A DNA stretch of 64,000 bases from an uncultured bacterium. Lineage in GTDB: Bacteria; Armatimonadota; Abditibacteriia; Abditibacteriales; Abditibacteriaceae. Position 1 is the stretch's first letter, and the number at the start of each line of letters is the position of its first letter. The notes beneath the pieces were generated by a model. That model had not been told where the DNA came from. It worked only from the letters and a program-made list of their open reading frames with translations, and did no database searches. Made by a program: the position numbers and the translations under genes. Of the stretch, positions 1 through 10,450 are shown in pieces. The stretch spans positions 2,170,001-2,234,000 of the forward strand of contig CAWJLW010000006.1 of NCBI GenBank assembly GCA_963843795.1. Direction: 5' to 3'.

Positions 1-709
1 AACCGCCACGCACTGTGACGCGCGCGGCACTCATAGTGCGTTCAACGACATCAAGCACGACCGGCAAAGTCGTGAACACATCTAAAGCGCTCCGAAAATT
101 GTCGCAGCGTGCCAGGAGTTCAATCGAAGGTACGGTTTCACAGCCGCGCCGCACATCGCCAACGATTTCAACGCGCTCCATTATGGGCGCTTGTCGCAGC
201 AGATCGCATAAAGAATTTGCCAGCGCAAGCGCTTCGCCAAGGGGCAGTTCCTGCGTGGTTTGCTCCAAGCGCTCGATACCTTGCGCGATGTTTTGTAGCG
301 CTTTGGGTCCGAAACCGGAAACGTCTTTCAACGCGCCGCTTTCGATGGCTTGTTTTAAAGCCGCTACTGAACTGATGTTTTGCTCGCGATACAGTTGCGC
401 GACGCGCTTGGGCCCAAGGCCGGGTACTCGCAAAACATCGATCAGCCCGGGCGGATATTCTTCGCGCAAACGTTCGAGATAACGCATCTGGCCCGTAGCG
501 ACATATTCGCGGATTTTGGCGGCGGTTGCTTCGCCAATGCCTTCGAGTTCGCGCAACGATTTTTCTTCGACATCTTCAATCGGTTCGGGATAAGCGGCAA
601 CGGCTTCGGCGGCGCGCTTGTAGGCGCGAATTTTAAACGGGTTTTCGCCCGCCACTTCCATCAGGGCGGCAATTTCATCGAAGTGTGCGACGATGCGTGC
701 ATTTTCCAT
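1..709 (-). CDS. polX: DNA polymerase X family protein (PolX), N-terminal part; continues beyond the window edge
   Basis: Not in the ORF track; translated by hand from ATG 709: MENARIVAHFDEIAALMEVAGENPFKIRAYKRAA...EGIGEATAAKIREY...VPGLGPKRVAQLY...GFGPK...VGDVRRGCETVPSIELL. These are the PolX 8-kDa/HhH and palm motifs. Confidence 0.9.
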   Translation of the reverse strand, partial: MENARIVAHFDEIAALMEVAGENPFKIRAYKRAAEAVAAYPEPIEDVEEKSLRELEGIGEATAAKIREYVATGQMRYLERLREEYPPGLIDVLRVPGLGPKRVAQLYREQNISSVAALKQAIESGALKDVSGFGPKALQNIAQGIERLEQTTQELPLGEALALANSLCDLLRQAPIMERVEIVGDVRRGCETVPSIELLARCDNFRSALDVFTTLPVVLDVVERTMSAARVTVRGG

Positions 710-842
710 ATTTCATCAGCGACATTAAATTGAAATTACGCCCCTGCAAGTACTTGCAGAGCCGATTTGGCACGCACGCACCGCAAAAGCCACGCCCAAC
801 AAACGCGCTGCAGTGCAAGTACTTGCCAGTTGAATGTTAGTG

Positions 843-3134
843 TTATGAAACAACTTCGTCGATTTGCCAAAGGAAAAGTGTGACGAATTGCGGTGTGTCG
901 TCGATATTTTGAACCTGAAGATTGGCGACCGGCTGCGTACCCCACGCGACCAGATAGCTGCTATTTTCGTTGATTTGTGCTTGAGCCAGCGCTGCACTCA
1001 AAGCCGCACTCGCCATCTTCTGCCGCGCATCGGTGCCTTCATCGGGAAAAATCGCTTCGATTTGGCTTTTCGTTAAAATCCATGTGGCTCCGTTCTGACT
1101 GGAAGCAGTGAGGTCAACGCTGTCTTTCGAGGCAACAGTCGCGGTAGCGCCGCTTTTCAAATCGCCCAGCGCACTGGCGCGGCGTTTTTCGATCCAGACT
1201 GCGCCGCGCCAATCGAAAGGCGTGCGATTGGAAACCGAGAATCTTGGCCCATTACGCTGCAAAACCACGCCCCGTCCGCCATCGATAACCGCGTGGCCGA
1301 CGAAAGTTTTGTAATCCCACATATTGATCGGTGCTTCTTCGATTTTCATGCTGCGGTCGATGGCAGATTGCACGATTTCCGAATTATCCAGCGCATCGCT
1401 GCGGCGCGCGTCGGCAAAGGGCGCCACGCTCATGGTCGCCAGATCGTTGCCTGCGGCGTTTTGGCCTTCAATGGCGTAGGAAGTTTTGCGCGGCGAAAAC
1501 AGCCACAGCAGGCTGTCGGCGCGCGCGCGTCCGCTCTCATTGCTGCCGAAAACAATATTGACCTGACGCTGGCGCACCTGCGTGCCTTTGATGCGCAGCG
1601 CGGCCACAAACGACAGCACGGAAAAAACGATGACTACTAAAGGCACAGTCAGCCACGCCAGTTCGCGCCGATCTATCGCGCGTAAAACGACATAGTTCAC
1701 CGGCACCAGAAAGAAAACATACAAGGCCAAAAACCACGCGATAGCCGATGAAGGCGGCGTTTTCAGTTGCGGTGAACGCACCATTTCTCCACGCAGACGA
1801 TCGGCCAACGCCGAAGCCGAACTACTGTCGTTCATGTCGGCAGTGCGCCGGTAATAATTCGCTGAAGAATAATTGCTCGGCCCACCGAAACTTTCCATCT
1901 GCGGATCGACGCCTTCCATACCCAACGTTTGAGAGCGCAGAGCAAAAATATTGGCCCACAGCAAATTTTGTCCGCTCCAACCGATAAACGGTGGCCGCGT
2001 CGGGTCGAACGCCAGCCACACCACGCGACCAGCACCAAAGGAACGCCAACCCGCTATTGCGGGCGCTAATTTCGTGGAAATTGGCTGCGCTGATGAGAAC
2101 AATTTCCCGGTGGCAATCACGACCGGCGCGCCGCCCAGTCGGTCGCCGCCATCAGAGAATTTTTGGACGTAAGTGCTGACAATTTTCGCAGTTTCACTGT
2201 CGCTGGCGCTTTGCGAATTCTCGGGTTGCAGCGGCCACATTTCACGCAGCGGCGATTGCGCTAAACGCTGCCAGTTAGCGCCGCCCAAAACTAAAATTGT
2301 GCCGCCGCTCGCCGCGTAATCGCGCAAAGCGTCCAACTGTTCGGGAGCCAAACTCGAATGTGGAAAGTCGTGCAGCACGACCACGTCAACACCATCCAAA
2401 CCGACCCAGCGCGTCGGTACCCATTCGTGACCGGCACCCAGCGTCTCCACCGCGCGCGCGCCACTGCTGAAGCTGGGAATCAGCGTTTTTCGCGCACCGC
2501 GATTGCGAGCAGCATAATTGGGCGTGCCGCTACCATTTCCAGCATTCAACGCTTGGCGTTCGATGCGCTCGTCCTCAACTGTGCGAATCGAGGGCAAAGT
2601 TGAGATAAACGCCAAACGTTCGTCGCTATCGCTGATGGTGAGAGCGATGGGCGTTTGTTCGTCGGGTGAAGTCAGCGTAAATTTAAAAACTTGAGTTTCA
2701 ACGCCGCGACCAATGAAAGTAACCGTGCCACCATCAATTGCGCCGCGTTCGATACGTCCATAAAGCCAGATACGTTTGCGCGCGTTGCTGGGCAAATCGA
2801 CAGTGGAAACGAAGTTTGATACCGCGCCCATATCACCCGCGCTCGAAGTCAGGCGCAGTTGTACGCGCCCGCTGACGGCTTCGCCGGTGTTGTTGAAAGT
2901 TACGGCGACAGGAAACCAGCGCCCAAAGCGCGCGACAATCGAAAGTGGGCGCACATTTTTCGGGTCGAGCGGAACTTCTGATAAGGGGCCAACGCGCGAA
3001 AGCGGCGAATCGACGCTCATCGTGAGCGGCGGCGCGTTTTGCGCCCACGCTTTGTTACCGATCAAAAGCCACAGCCCACAAAAAAGGCAAAGCGCGACAC
3101 GCCAAAAGTCACGGCCACGAGAAAAACGCTTCAT
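843..3134 (-). CDS. Exported membrane protein with class I glutamine-amidotransferase-like domain and two TM helices (hypothetical)
   Basis: 763 aa; signal peptide ending AWA; LDGVDVVVLHD...ALRDYAASGGTILVLGG and GAGRVVWLAFD resemble a GATase-like fold; TM pair ALYVFFLVPVNY...LAWLTVPLVVIVFS. Confidence 0.65.
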   Translation of the reverse strand: MKRFSRGRDFWRVALCLFCGLWLLIGNKAWAQNAPPLTMSVDSPLSRVGPLSEVPLDPKNVRPLSIVARFGRWFPVAVTFNNTGEAVSGRVQLRLTSSAGDMGAVSNFVSTVDLPSNARKRIWLYGRIERGAIDGGTVTFIGRGVETQVFKFTLTSPDEQTPIALTISDSDERLAFISTLPSIRTVEDERIERQALNAGNGSGTPNYAARNRGARKTLIPSFSSGARAVETLGAGHEWVPTRWVGLDGVDVVVLHDFPHSSLAPEQLDALRDYAASGGTILVLGGANWQRLAQSPLREMWPLQPENSQSASDSETAKIVSTYVQKFSDGGDRLGGAPVVIATGKLFSSAQPISTKLAPAIAGWRSFGAGRVVWLAFDPTRPPFIGWSGQNLLWANIFALRSQTLGMEGVDPQMESFGGPSNYSSANYYRRTADMNDSSSASALADRLRGEMVRSPQLKTPPSSAIAWFLALYVFFLVPVNYVVLRAIDRRELAWLTVPLVVIVFSVLSFVAALRIKGTQVRQRQVNIVFGSNESGRARADSLLWLFSPRKTSYAIEGQNAAGNDLATMSVAPFADARRSDALDNSEIVQSAIDRSMKIEEAPINMWDYKTFVGHAVIDGGRGVVLQRNGPRFSVSNRTPFDWRGAVWIEKRRASALGDLKSGATATVASKDSVDLTASSQNGATWILTKSQIEAIFPDEGTDARQKMASAALSAALAQAQINENSSYLVAWGTQPVANLQVQNIDDTPQFVTLFLWQIDEVVS

Positions 3135-3313
3135 AGCTTCATTTTACTTCCAATTGTGCCCCGGAGGTTTCATGGCCGCTGGCCACGATAATTTTGTTGA
3201 AGAATTGGCCAACGCTCTGCAAGTACTTGCAACTCGCTCGCAGCGCTCAGCAAAAGGCAACGGGCGAGCGAAATCGCCGTCCAACCCCAGCAACACAGGA
3301 AAACTTAAAACTT

Positions 3314-4270
3314 ATGCTTTCATTTCGTCATCTTGCAAGTCGTTCCGCTCTGCTCTGCGCGGTTACGCTTTCCACTTCAACTGCCTTTTCTCTCGATACT
3401 CCGCGCCGCGCCGGAGATCGGGCTTCGCAATCGAATCGCAACAGCGATTTGGGCAATCCTGAGCGCGTCAATACGGCGCAATCGTTGATGCGTTTTCAGC
3501 TCGCTTTGGATCAAATCAGCGGCGGTCGGCTGGTTGAAGCCCGCGTTTTGCTGGAAGACGCGGTGCGCCGCGACACCGATACAGTTGAAACCGATTTGCT
3601 GCTGGCTTATCTGTTGGAACGCGAAGGCCGCATGAGCGATGCCCGCACAGTTTTACAGCGTGCCGCGCCCGCCTCGCCTCTGGCCGCGACATATATCGAA
3701 CGCTTAAAAAACCTGCCCGATGCGCCACTCGCCACGCACATTCTGCCGCCTACAACTCCCCAACCCGAATCTGACGCACCCGCGAGCACGCGCATTACAG
3801 GCAGCGCCGCCAACAACGCGGCGCGTTCGCCGATTGCAGATCAACGTTTATCGAAGCTGGAACATCGTCTGGCGCAACTGGTCAACGAAGCGCGCGCGAC
3901 CAACGGTCTGGACGATTTGGCATGGAACGATGAACTGGCCGAAGTCGCGCGTGCACATTCGGTCGAAATGCGCGATAAAAAATATTTCGCCCACGAATCG
4001 CCAACGCCCAGCCTGTATCGTCCGATGAATCGCTATGTTGTGGGCCTCAATCGCACGCCGCGCATCGTGGCCGAAAATATTTATCGCGCGTGGGGCGTGC
4101 ACCACACTCCCAATGAAGCCGATATCGAAGCTGCCATGAAATCGTTTATGAATTCGCCCGGACACCGCGCCAACATCATGTTGTCTTCGGTTACCCGCAT
4201 CGGTATCGGTTTGGCCGCCAACGATAACGGCGATATTTGGGTCACGCAAATGTTTGAAAAGCCGATGTAA
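3314..4270 (+). CDS. CAP/SCP-domain protein with N-terminal signal peptide and TPR-like segment
   Basis: VNEARA...LAEVARAHSVEM...YFAHES...AENI...FMNSPGHRANIM...IGIG...WVTQMF is the CAP signature; start moved to ATG 3314. Confidence 0.85.
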   Translation: MLSFRHLASRSALLCAVTLSTSTAFSLDTPRRAGDRASQSNRNSDLGNPERVNTAQSLMRFQLALDQISGGRLVEARVLLEDAVRRDTDTVETDLLLAYLLEREGRMSDARTVLQRAAPASPLAATYIERLKNLPDAPLATHILPPTTPQPESDAPASTRITGSAANNAARSPIADQRLSKLEHRLAQLVNEARATNGLDDLAWNDELAEVARAHSVEMRDKKYFAHESPTPSLYRPMNRYVVGLNRTPRIVAENIYRAWGVHHTPNEADIEAAMKSFMNSPGHRANIMLSSVTRIGIGLAANDNGDIWVTQMFEKPM

Positions 4271-4301
4271 AACGCCCGGGAAATACTGGCCGCATCATCT
4301 C

Positions 4302-4344
4302 TTAAAAAGCCCGCGAGCAAGTTACTTGCTCGCGGGCTTTTTAA
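4302..4344. terminator. Bidirectional intrinsic terminator between convergent genes, built on a centre-split copy of the palindrome
   Basis: TTAAAAAGCCCGCGAGCAAGT-T-ACTTGCTCGCGGGCTTTTTAA: perfect 21-bp arms with A/T tails on both sides. Confidence 0.85.
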
Positions 4345-4357
4345 ATTTTCTCCAACG

Positions 4358-4687
4358 TTACGCCGCCATTTTCTGACAGTGTTCGGCGCATGCGCGACAA
4401 GTTTTGGCGCACTCTTCCATACCTTCGAGGTTTTCACAACTTTCAGCACAAGCAGTGCAAATCTGAGCACACACGCCGCAGGTCAGTTTGTGGTGTTCCG
4501 AACCGTGCAACATGAAGTTAGCGCTCGTTTGACACATTTCGGCGCAATTCAACATCGTGCGAAAATGTTTGGCTTCGGTGTGTTCGCCGCCATTTTCCAG
4601 GCAATGATTCATTGCCATGCCCAAACACGTCGCGTGGCATTTCAAACACTCGGTGATACAATCCTGCATTTCCTGTGAAATTCCCAT
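4358..4687 (-). CDS. Four-helix-bundle copper storage protein (Csp3/DUF326-like)
   Basis: Repeated CxxxCxxC motifs (CITECLKCHATC, CAQICTACAESC, CAKTCRACAEHC); GGAGG RBS before ATG 4687. Confidence 0.9.
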   Translation of the reverse strand: MGISQEMQDCITECLKCHATCLGMAMNHCLENGGEHTEAKHFRTMLNCAEMCQTSANFMLHGSEHHKLTCGVCAQICTACAESCENLEGMEECAKTCRACAEHCQKMAA

Positions 4688-4768
4688 CAAAAACCTCCTC
4701 AGATTTTTCCTGCAAGTACTTGCAGGGCGTTATGACTCCGGCAATTTACAAATACCTTGACAGATTAT

Positions 4769-5155
4769 TCAAAGTTTTTTGGATTCGGAGACGATGAGCG
4801 TGCCGCGTACCATATTCATCGCGCAGTGAAAGGGAAACTGCCCGGTTTTTTCGGGCGTAAATTCGACGGGCACGGTTTCGCCCTGTGGCAAATCGCGCAC
4901 GATATTCCACGCGCCAATAACGACTTTTTCGGTGCATGGATTATCTTCTTCGCGCTTGAACAGCAAACGCACCGGTTTTCCCTTGACGACTTCGATGCGG
5001 TCGGGCGAATAACCGCCATTGACGACAATTGTAATTTCCTGATTGCCGTGCGCGCTTTTGGCGACCGTCGCTTCGCGCGCGCCAAAGAAAAACCACAATA
5101 CAAAAGCGATCAGCAGCGCGCCGGTGATTGTGACGATAATTTGTGAAGTATCCAT
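4769..5155 (-). CDS. Membrane-anchored cupredoxin-domain protein (CupA-like)
   Basis: N-terminal TM helix; GGYSPDRIEV, PCTEKVV, FHCAMNMVRG. Confidence 0.88.
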   Translation of the reverse strand: MDTSQIIVTITGALLIAFVLWFFFGAREATVAKSAHGNQEITIVVNGGYSPDRIEVVKGKPVRLLFKREEDNPCTEKVVIGAWNIVRDLPQGETVPVEFTPEKTGQFPFHCAMNMVRGTLIVSESKKL

Positions 5156-5170
5156 AATAAAATGTGGGAG

Positions 5171-7522
5171 TTATTTATCGAAGCGAAAAGCGCGCAATCG
5201 CAGCGCGTTGGTCACAACGCTGACGCTTGAAAGCGCCATTGCTAAAGACGCGAAAATGGGAGTCAGCATCCAGCCGGTAAACGGGAACAAAACGCCCGCT
5301 GCGAGCGGAATACCAAGCACGTTATAAATGAACGCGAAAAACAAGTTTTGACGCACGTTACTGATAGTGGCTTTTGAAAGGGCAATCGCATTGGCGACCC
5401 CGTGCAAATCGCCGCGCACGAGCGTAATATCGGCGGCTTCTATCGCCACGTCGGTTCCGCTACCCATCGCAATGCCGATGTCAGCACGAGCCAGTGCGGG
5501 CGCATCATTGATGCCATCGCCGACCATCGCGACGACTGAACCTTGGTTTTGCAATTTTTCGATTTCTGTCGCTTTATCTTCGGGCCTCACTTCGGCGCGC
5601 ACATTTGCGGCCTCAATTCCGACTTGCTGCGCGACGGCGCGCGCAGTGCCCACGTTATCGCCGGTCAGCATCACGACTTTCAAACCCAGTTCGCGCAAAT
5701 TTCCAATCGCGGCTTTGGACGATTCTTTGGGCGCATCGGCAATCGCGATAATGCCCGCGTATTCGCCATCAAGCGCGACGAAAACCGGCGTTTTGCCCTG
5801 CTCGGCTAAACGCTGCGCGACGCTTTCATCGGGCGTGATCTTTTGGTCTCGCATCAGGCGCGCATTGCCCGCAAGTACTTGCACAGCGCCCACACGTGCC
5901 TGCAGACCTCCGCCGGTAATCGATTGAAAATCTTGTGGCGTTTCCAATTCCAATTCCCGCAGACGTGCTGCTTCGATCATCGCTTCGCCCAAAGGATGTT
6001 CGCTCGATTGTTCGGCGCTCGCCGCCAATTGCAAAAGCTCATTTTCATCGCGGCCATTTGTCGGACAAATATCGGTAACTTCGGGCTGTCCGCGCGTGAT
6101 GGTGCCAGTTTTATCGAGAACAATCATATCCAAGCGGTGGGCGGTTTCCAGTGCTTCGCCGCCTTTAATGAGAATTCCGTTTTGCGCACCGCGACCGGTT
6201 CCGACCATAATCGCCGTCGGCGTCGCCAAACCCAGCGCGCACGGGCAAGCGATAATCAGCACGGAAACGAAAGTCAAAAGCGCCATTGTCAGGCGACTTG
6301 CGGGCGGCGTGAAATCGAACCAGACGACAAACGTTGCAATCGCCACGCACAAAACGACGGGCACAAAGACGCCGGAAATTGTGTCGGCCAAGCGCTGAAT
6401 TGGTGCTTTGGAGCCTTGCGCTTCCTGCACCATGCGCACGATCTGCGACAAAACCGTGTCGCTTCCCACTTTGGTCGCACGCATGCGGAAAGCGCCAGTT
6501 TTGTTCAGAGTCGCACCAATCACCACATCGCCAGTTTTCTTGGCGACCGCAATCGCTTCGCCGGTCAGCATTGATTCGTCAATTTGCGAACTGCCGTCGA
6601 TAATTTCGCCATCGACCGGCACTTTTTCGCCCGGTCTCACCAGAATGGTATCGCCGATTTGCACGTCGTCCAACGCCACATCAAGCGTTTTTCCGTCGCG
6701 TTCGACGCGCGCGGTTTTAGCTCCCAAATCCATCAATGCGCGAATTGCACCACCAGTTTGTGCGCGCGCCCGCGCTTCCAACAATCGGCCCATCAAAATT
6801 AGCGTGATGACAATCGCCGAAGTCTCGAAATAGACATTCGGCCCCGCCATTCCCTCACGCGCCATGTCGCTTGCCGGTGCGCTTTGCGCCATTACCAGTT
6901 GCGGCGCGACCGTTGCCACCACGCTAAACGCCCACGCGCTAAACGTGCCAATCGCGACCAACGTGTTCATATCCGCTGCACGATGGCGCGCCGCTTTGTA
7001 AGCACCGCTGAAAAATTCTGCGCCCGCACCAAACAGCACTGCGCCCGACAAAAACAGTTCAAACCACAGCCGCCAACTCGCGTTTGCCAGACCGTGAAGC
7101 GCGGGAATTAAATGGCTGCCCATCGCCGTAAATGTAACTGGCAGTGTGAGAAGCAAAGCCAGCCAGAATTTATTTTTCTGCTTTTGATAAGCCGCTTCGC
7201 GCGCCTGAGTTTCCGCATCGACTTCGTCGTTTTTCTGCTTTGCAGTTTGTGGAGTGCCATCAGCGTTTTGTTCCGGCAAAAGCGCATCGTAACCGGCATC
7301 TTTCACCACGTCGCGCAAATGGGCGGCGTCGGTTTCTGAGGCATCGTAATGCACAGTCGCGCGCGTCGTAGCGAAATTGACGCTGCAACTTTCAACGCCC
7401 GGCGCTTTGTTCAACGCGCGCTCGATGCGATTCGCACACGCTGCGCAACTCATGCCCAACAAGGGCAGCTCGATGCGCGCACGTTGTTCTTTCGTCGCAA
7501 GTTCCTTCATGGTTTCACTCAT
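5171..7522 (-). CDS. copA: Cu(I)-translocating P1B-type ATPase
   Basis: GMSCAAC HMA domain, [34 protein letters not shown] and MALSS motifs. Start set at ATG 7522 because the ORF-track extension overlaps csoR. Confidence 0.95.
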   Translation of the reverse strand: MSETMKELATKEQRARIELPLLGMSCAACANRIERALNKAPGVESCSVNFATTRATVHYDASETDAAHLRDVVKDAGYDALLPEQNADGTPQTAKQKNDEVDAETQAREAAYQKQKNKFWLALLLTLPVTFTAMGSHLIPALHGLANASWRLWFELFLSGAVLFGAGAEFFSGAYKAARHRAADMNTLVAIGTFSAWAFSVVATVAPQLVMAQSAPASDMAREGMAGPNVYFETSAIVITLILMGRLLEARARAQTGGAIRALMDLGAKTARVERDGKTLDVALDDVQIGDTILVRPGEKVPVDGEIIDGSSQIDESMLTGEAIAVAKKTGDVVIGATLNKTGAFRMRATKVGSDTVLSQIVRMVQEAQGSKAPIQRLADTISGVFVPVVLCVAIATFVVWFDFTPPASRLTMALLTFVSVLIIACPCALGLATPTAIMVGTGRGAQNGILIKGGEALETAHRLDMIVLDKTGTITRGQPEVTDICPTNGRDENELLQLAASAEQSSEHPLGEAMIEAARLRELELETPQDFQSITGGGLQARVGAVQVLAGNARLMRDQKITPDESVAQRLAEQGKTPVFVALDGEYAGIIAIADAPKESSKAAIGNLRELGLKVVMLTGDNVGTARAVAQQVGIEAANVRAEVRPEDKATEIEKLQNQGSVVAMVGDGINDAPALARADIGIAMGSGTDVAIEAADITLVRGDLHGVANAIALSKATISNVRQNLFFAFIYNVLGIPLAAGVLFPFTGWMLTPIFASLAMALSSVSVVTNALRLRAFRFDK

Positions 7523-7528
7523 AATGAT

Positions 7529-7545
7529 ATACCCCCATAGGGTAT
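7529..7545 (-). promoter_or_regulatory. CsoR operator upstream of copA
   Basis: Minus strand ATACCCTATGGGGGTAT: the G/C-tract pseudo-palindrome typical of CsoR sites, 6 nt before the copA ATG and adjacent to csoR. Confidence 0.85.
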
Positions 7546-7596
7546 CAATTTTGATGCCACGATGGTTCGTAGGTTCCCGCAAGTACTTGCACGGCT

Positions 7597-7887
7597 TTAT
7601 TTCAAGAATCGTTTCAGGGAAAGTTGCACTTCGGCCAACAGTTCTTCGTGAGAAAGGTGGGTGGCATCGGGGTGTTCGCTGCCCGAACCGTGCCCTATCA
7701 CACAGCAATCGATGTGATTGGACAACAGTTCGATGCCCAGCGCATCAAGTGCTGAGCGCACGGCAGCGATTTGAGTGAGAATATCGACGCAGTAACGGTC
7801 ATCTTCGACCATTTTTTGAATGCCATTAATTTGTCCGGCGATGCGATTGATGCGCGCTTTGGCTTTGCGGCGAGTAGGTTCGTTCAT
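7597..7887 (-). CDS. csoR: Copper-sensing transcriptional repressor
   Basis: [36 protein letters not shown]...HIDCCV carries the C-H-C ligand set. Confidence 0.92.
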   Translation of the reverse strand: MNEPTRRKAKARINRIAGQINGIQKMVEDDRYCVDILTQIAAVRSALDALGIELLSNHIDCCVIGHGSGSEHPDATHLSHEELLAEVQLSLKRFLK

Positions 7888-7985
7888 GAGCTAATACCTT
7901 GCTCAGTTTGACAGAACCCAAAGCTCAAGCGTTCCAGTGGAAAGGTTTTCGCAGGGCGCGGGCCTTGTGCTTACCCTACACAATT

Positions 7986-9626
7986 CTATTTCACAATCAG
8001 CGCGCCCTGATACATTCCCATGCCGCAGGTAAATTTCAGCGTGCCACTTTTGGGCGGCGTCACGGTGAGGACCGTGCGACCGGCAGGTAACTCGCGGCGC
8101 AAATTCAAGTCGGGAAAAACTACGACATTTCCGCAGCCTTCGTCTTTGGCGCGCTCGAAAACGATTTGCAGCGGTTCGCCACCACGCACTTGAAGTTGCG
8201 AAAGCGTATAACCGCCATCGATTTTCACCGTCACGCTTTGCATTTTCGAGTTAATTTGCTCGGCAAGTACTTGTGGGGCTTTCACAGATGGCGCAGCGAC
8301 ATTAAAGGTAAATGGAACCGTGATGACCTGTCCCCGGTGCTGGAATTGCGCCCAGATTTTATACAAACCAGAGGTCGGTAACGCAAGATCGTATGTGACG
8401 CGCGGACCGTGGGAAGTCGCCATTTGTGGCGTGACTTGTCCGCCCTCACCAACAGTGTGCGTGTGAACCGCGTCCTGACCGTTTTGGCTAATCGCCATCA
8501 TGTGCCCGCTCGCGCCGAGATACATTTCCAAATCGTTCACGTCACGCCCATTTTTGCGCAAGGTGTAAGTCAGCAAACTGGGTCGTCCGGCTTGCAGAGG
8601 TCGCGATAATTGCAACGAAATTTGGTAACCCGCAACCGTTTTGCTCAAGGTTTTATCCGGCATTAAATGAGCTTTATGAGGTTGACCGCCGCCGACTTCG
8701 AGGACGCTGCGTTTGATCTGATTCAAACCGTCCGCAGGTGTAAAATCGGCGAACATCAGATAACGACCGGGACGCGGAAAACTTTGGTCGAGATAAAATT
8801 TGCCATCTTTGGCCTGTTGCGGATGAACGTGAGCAAACCAGCTTAAATCCTCGCTGACCGCGATCAAGTGCATCTGTTTTTCGTGCACCAGTTCGAATTT
8901 GGAAACCAACTGGTCGCTTTCTTTTTCGCGCACCGCGAACGCCAGACGGATGGGCACCTTCGGGCGCGATGCGTCACTAGCGTGCAAACCCATTTGAAAC
9001 TGTTTGGGCGCGCCAAAGCTCAATTCTTCGTAAAGCGCGGCATATTTCTGCGGCGCGGTTTGAAACTGTCTGGCATCATCAGGCGAGCAAAAATAGTAAG
9101 TTTGGCCTGCGTAAACCACAGTGCTGGGCGCTGTCGTAGGCTCAACCGTCATGCGACAAACCGGATCTTTCACCGCACTGGTCGCACGAACGGCACCGAT
9201 GGGCAACAGCGCGCCAGCTGGAAAAATCGCCGCGATCTGGTCCAGCAAAACGTGCATCTGGCGCTGATTTTTGGTCGTTGCGCGCAGGTCGTTATTGTCG
9301 CCGCTTGCGTCCAATGCATTGGCTAAAGTCGCGATTTGTTCCAAGACCACGCGTAACGCTTCTTTTTGTGCAGCCGACAAATTTTGTGAACTGGCCAGCA
9401 ATTGAACATTATCGCGGATATTAAACGCCGTGTCATGAACTTCGGACAATTTTTTCTGTGCCACGATTTCATCGAGATAATCGACTTCTTCGCGCACGTC
9501 GTTCCAACTGCTTCTCGCAGCCGCAAACGGTGCGGGCTGCACGATATTTGACTCGCTGTTCTGTGCATTTGCAACCAGCGGCACATTAAAAATGGCCAGA
9601 GCGCAAAGTATGAATGTGTGTTTCAT
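7986..9626 (-). CDS. Exported multidomain metal-binding protein (helical N-domain, YHS domain, His-rich domains, C-terminal cupredoxin)
   Basis: Signal peptide; KDPVCRMTV...YYFCS (YHS); VHEKQMHLI...FAHVHP; YLGASGHMM...HTH; C-terminal GCG...FTCGMGMYQG. Confidence 0.75.
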   Translation of the reverse strand: MKHTFILCALAIFNVPLVANAQNSESNIVQPAPFAAARSSWNDVREEVDYLDEIVAQKKLSEVHDTAFNIRDNVQLLASSQNLSAAQKEALRVVLEQIATLANALDASGDNNDLRATTKNQRQMHVLLDQIAAIFPAGALLPIGAVRATSAVKDPVCRMTVEPTTAPSTVVYAGQTYYFCSPDDARQFQTAPQKYAALYEELSFGAPKQFQMGLHASDASRPKVPIRLAFAVREKESDQLVSKFELVHEKQMHLIAVSEDLSWFAHVHPQQAKDGKFYLDQSFPRPGRYLMFADFTPADGLNQIKRSVLEVGGGQPHKAHLMPDKTLSKTVAGYQISLQLSRPLQAGRPSLLTYTLRKNGRDVNDLEMYLGASGHMMAISQNGQDAVHTHTVGEGGQVTPQMATSHGPRVTYDLALPTSGLYKIWAQFQHRGQVITVPFTFNVAAPSVKAPQVLAEQINSKMQSVTVKIDGGYTLSQLQVRGGEPLQIVFERAKDEGCGNVVVFPDLNLRRELPAGRTVLTVTPPKSGTLKFTCGMGMYQGALIVK

Positions 9627-9643
9627 GATATGTTTTTAAGTCT

Positions 9644-10450
9644 TTAAAATTGTTTTGAGTAGCCAGCGATGAACTTCAGCGCCGAACGCCCGCGTCCGCC
9701 GGTCAGGTCGCTTTTAAAGCCGATGTCGAAAACGCTATCGACGGTGACTTGTTGGCGCATTCCGATGCCGACATTAAAAATGCCGCTCTGCCCGCGTTTG
9801 GGATTGGCGCGCAACGCGACTTGCGCCAGCAAAGTGCGATTGAAGCTAGTCGGATAGCCAATAGGTTTGGAATAACCCACAATCGCGCCCGGCAAGTACT
9901 TGCGCTCGCCATTGGACGCACTATTGTTGAGGCCCAAGTCGATATTGAGATGCAGGCGCGCATACTGTTGAAACTGGCGCGACGCGATGCCGCGCAAACG
10001 AAAATCGACGCCGCTGCTGTCGCGTCCGGTCGGCAAAAACGCATCGACGCGCGCGCCCAAAGCCGGAACGTTGCCATACTCACGATTAAAGTTGTGCAAC
10101 ACCCCAACACTTAAATCGCCGTTATCGAAACGCCGATTGCCGTTCTGCGCGCGCCCGTATTGCGGATCGATTCCAACGCTGAAATGCGTGTTGGGCGCGA
10201 AGCCACTGAGAAATTCCAGCGCGCCCGCTGCATTGACATCGCCACCCGAACTCACATCCAGAGCGCCGCCCACATCAAGCGCGCGCTCGCGATACGCGAT
10301 GGCCTGCGCATCATCGAAATCCAAGGGACGACCGGCGTCGATGTTGTTGTGATCGACAGCGCGCGCGGCGGGCGCAAAGGCCGTGCAAGTACTTGCAGCG
10401 ATTGTAGCGATTAATATGAAATGTGACGATTTCGGCAGGAGCATTTTCAT
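9644..10450 (-). CDS. Putative outer-membrane beta-barrel protein
   Basis: Signal peptide; alternating beta-strand pattern; FLPTG motif; terminal ...GYSKQF. Start overlaps the upstream stop (ATGA). Confidence 0.65.
   Translation of the reverse strand: MKMLLPKSSHFILIATIAASTCTAFAPAARAVDHNNIDAGRPLDFDDAQAIAYRERALDVGGALDVSSGGDVNAAGALEFLSGFAPNTHFSVGIDPQYGRAQNGNRRFDNGDLSVGVLHNFNREYGNVPALGARVDAFLPTGRDSSGVDFRLRGIASRQFQQYARLHLNIDLGLNNSASNGERKYLPGAIVGYSKPIGYPTSFNRTLLAQVALRANPKRGQSGIFNVGIGMRQQVTVDSVFDIGFKSDLTGGRGRSALKFIAGYSKQF

Noticed and set aside
7523..7708. ORF-track N-terminal extensions of copA and others (3194, 13553, 17466, 18488, 22832, 26531, 30154, 40345, 61758)
   Set aside because: They run through operators, the stop-free palindrome or neighbouring genes; downstream ATGs match family N-termini or signal peptides.
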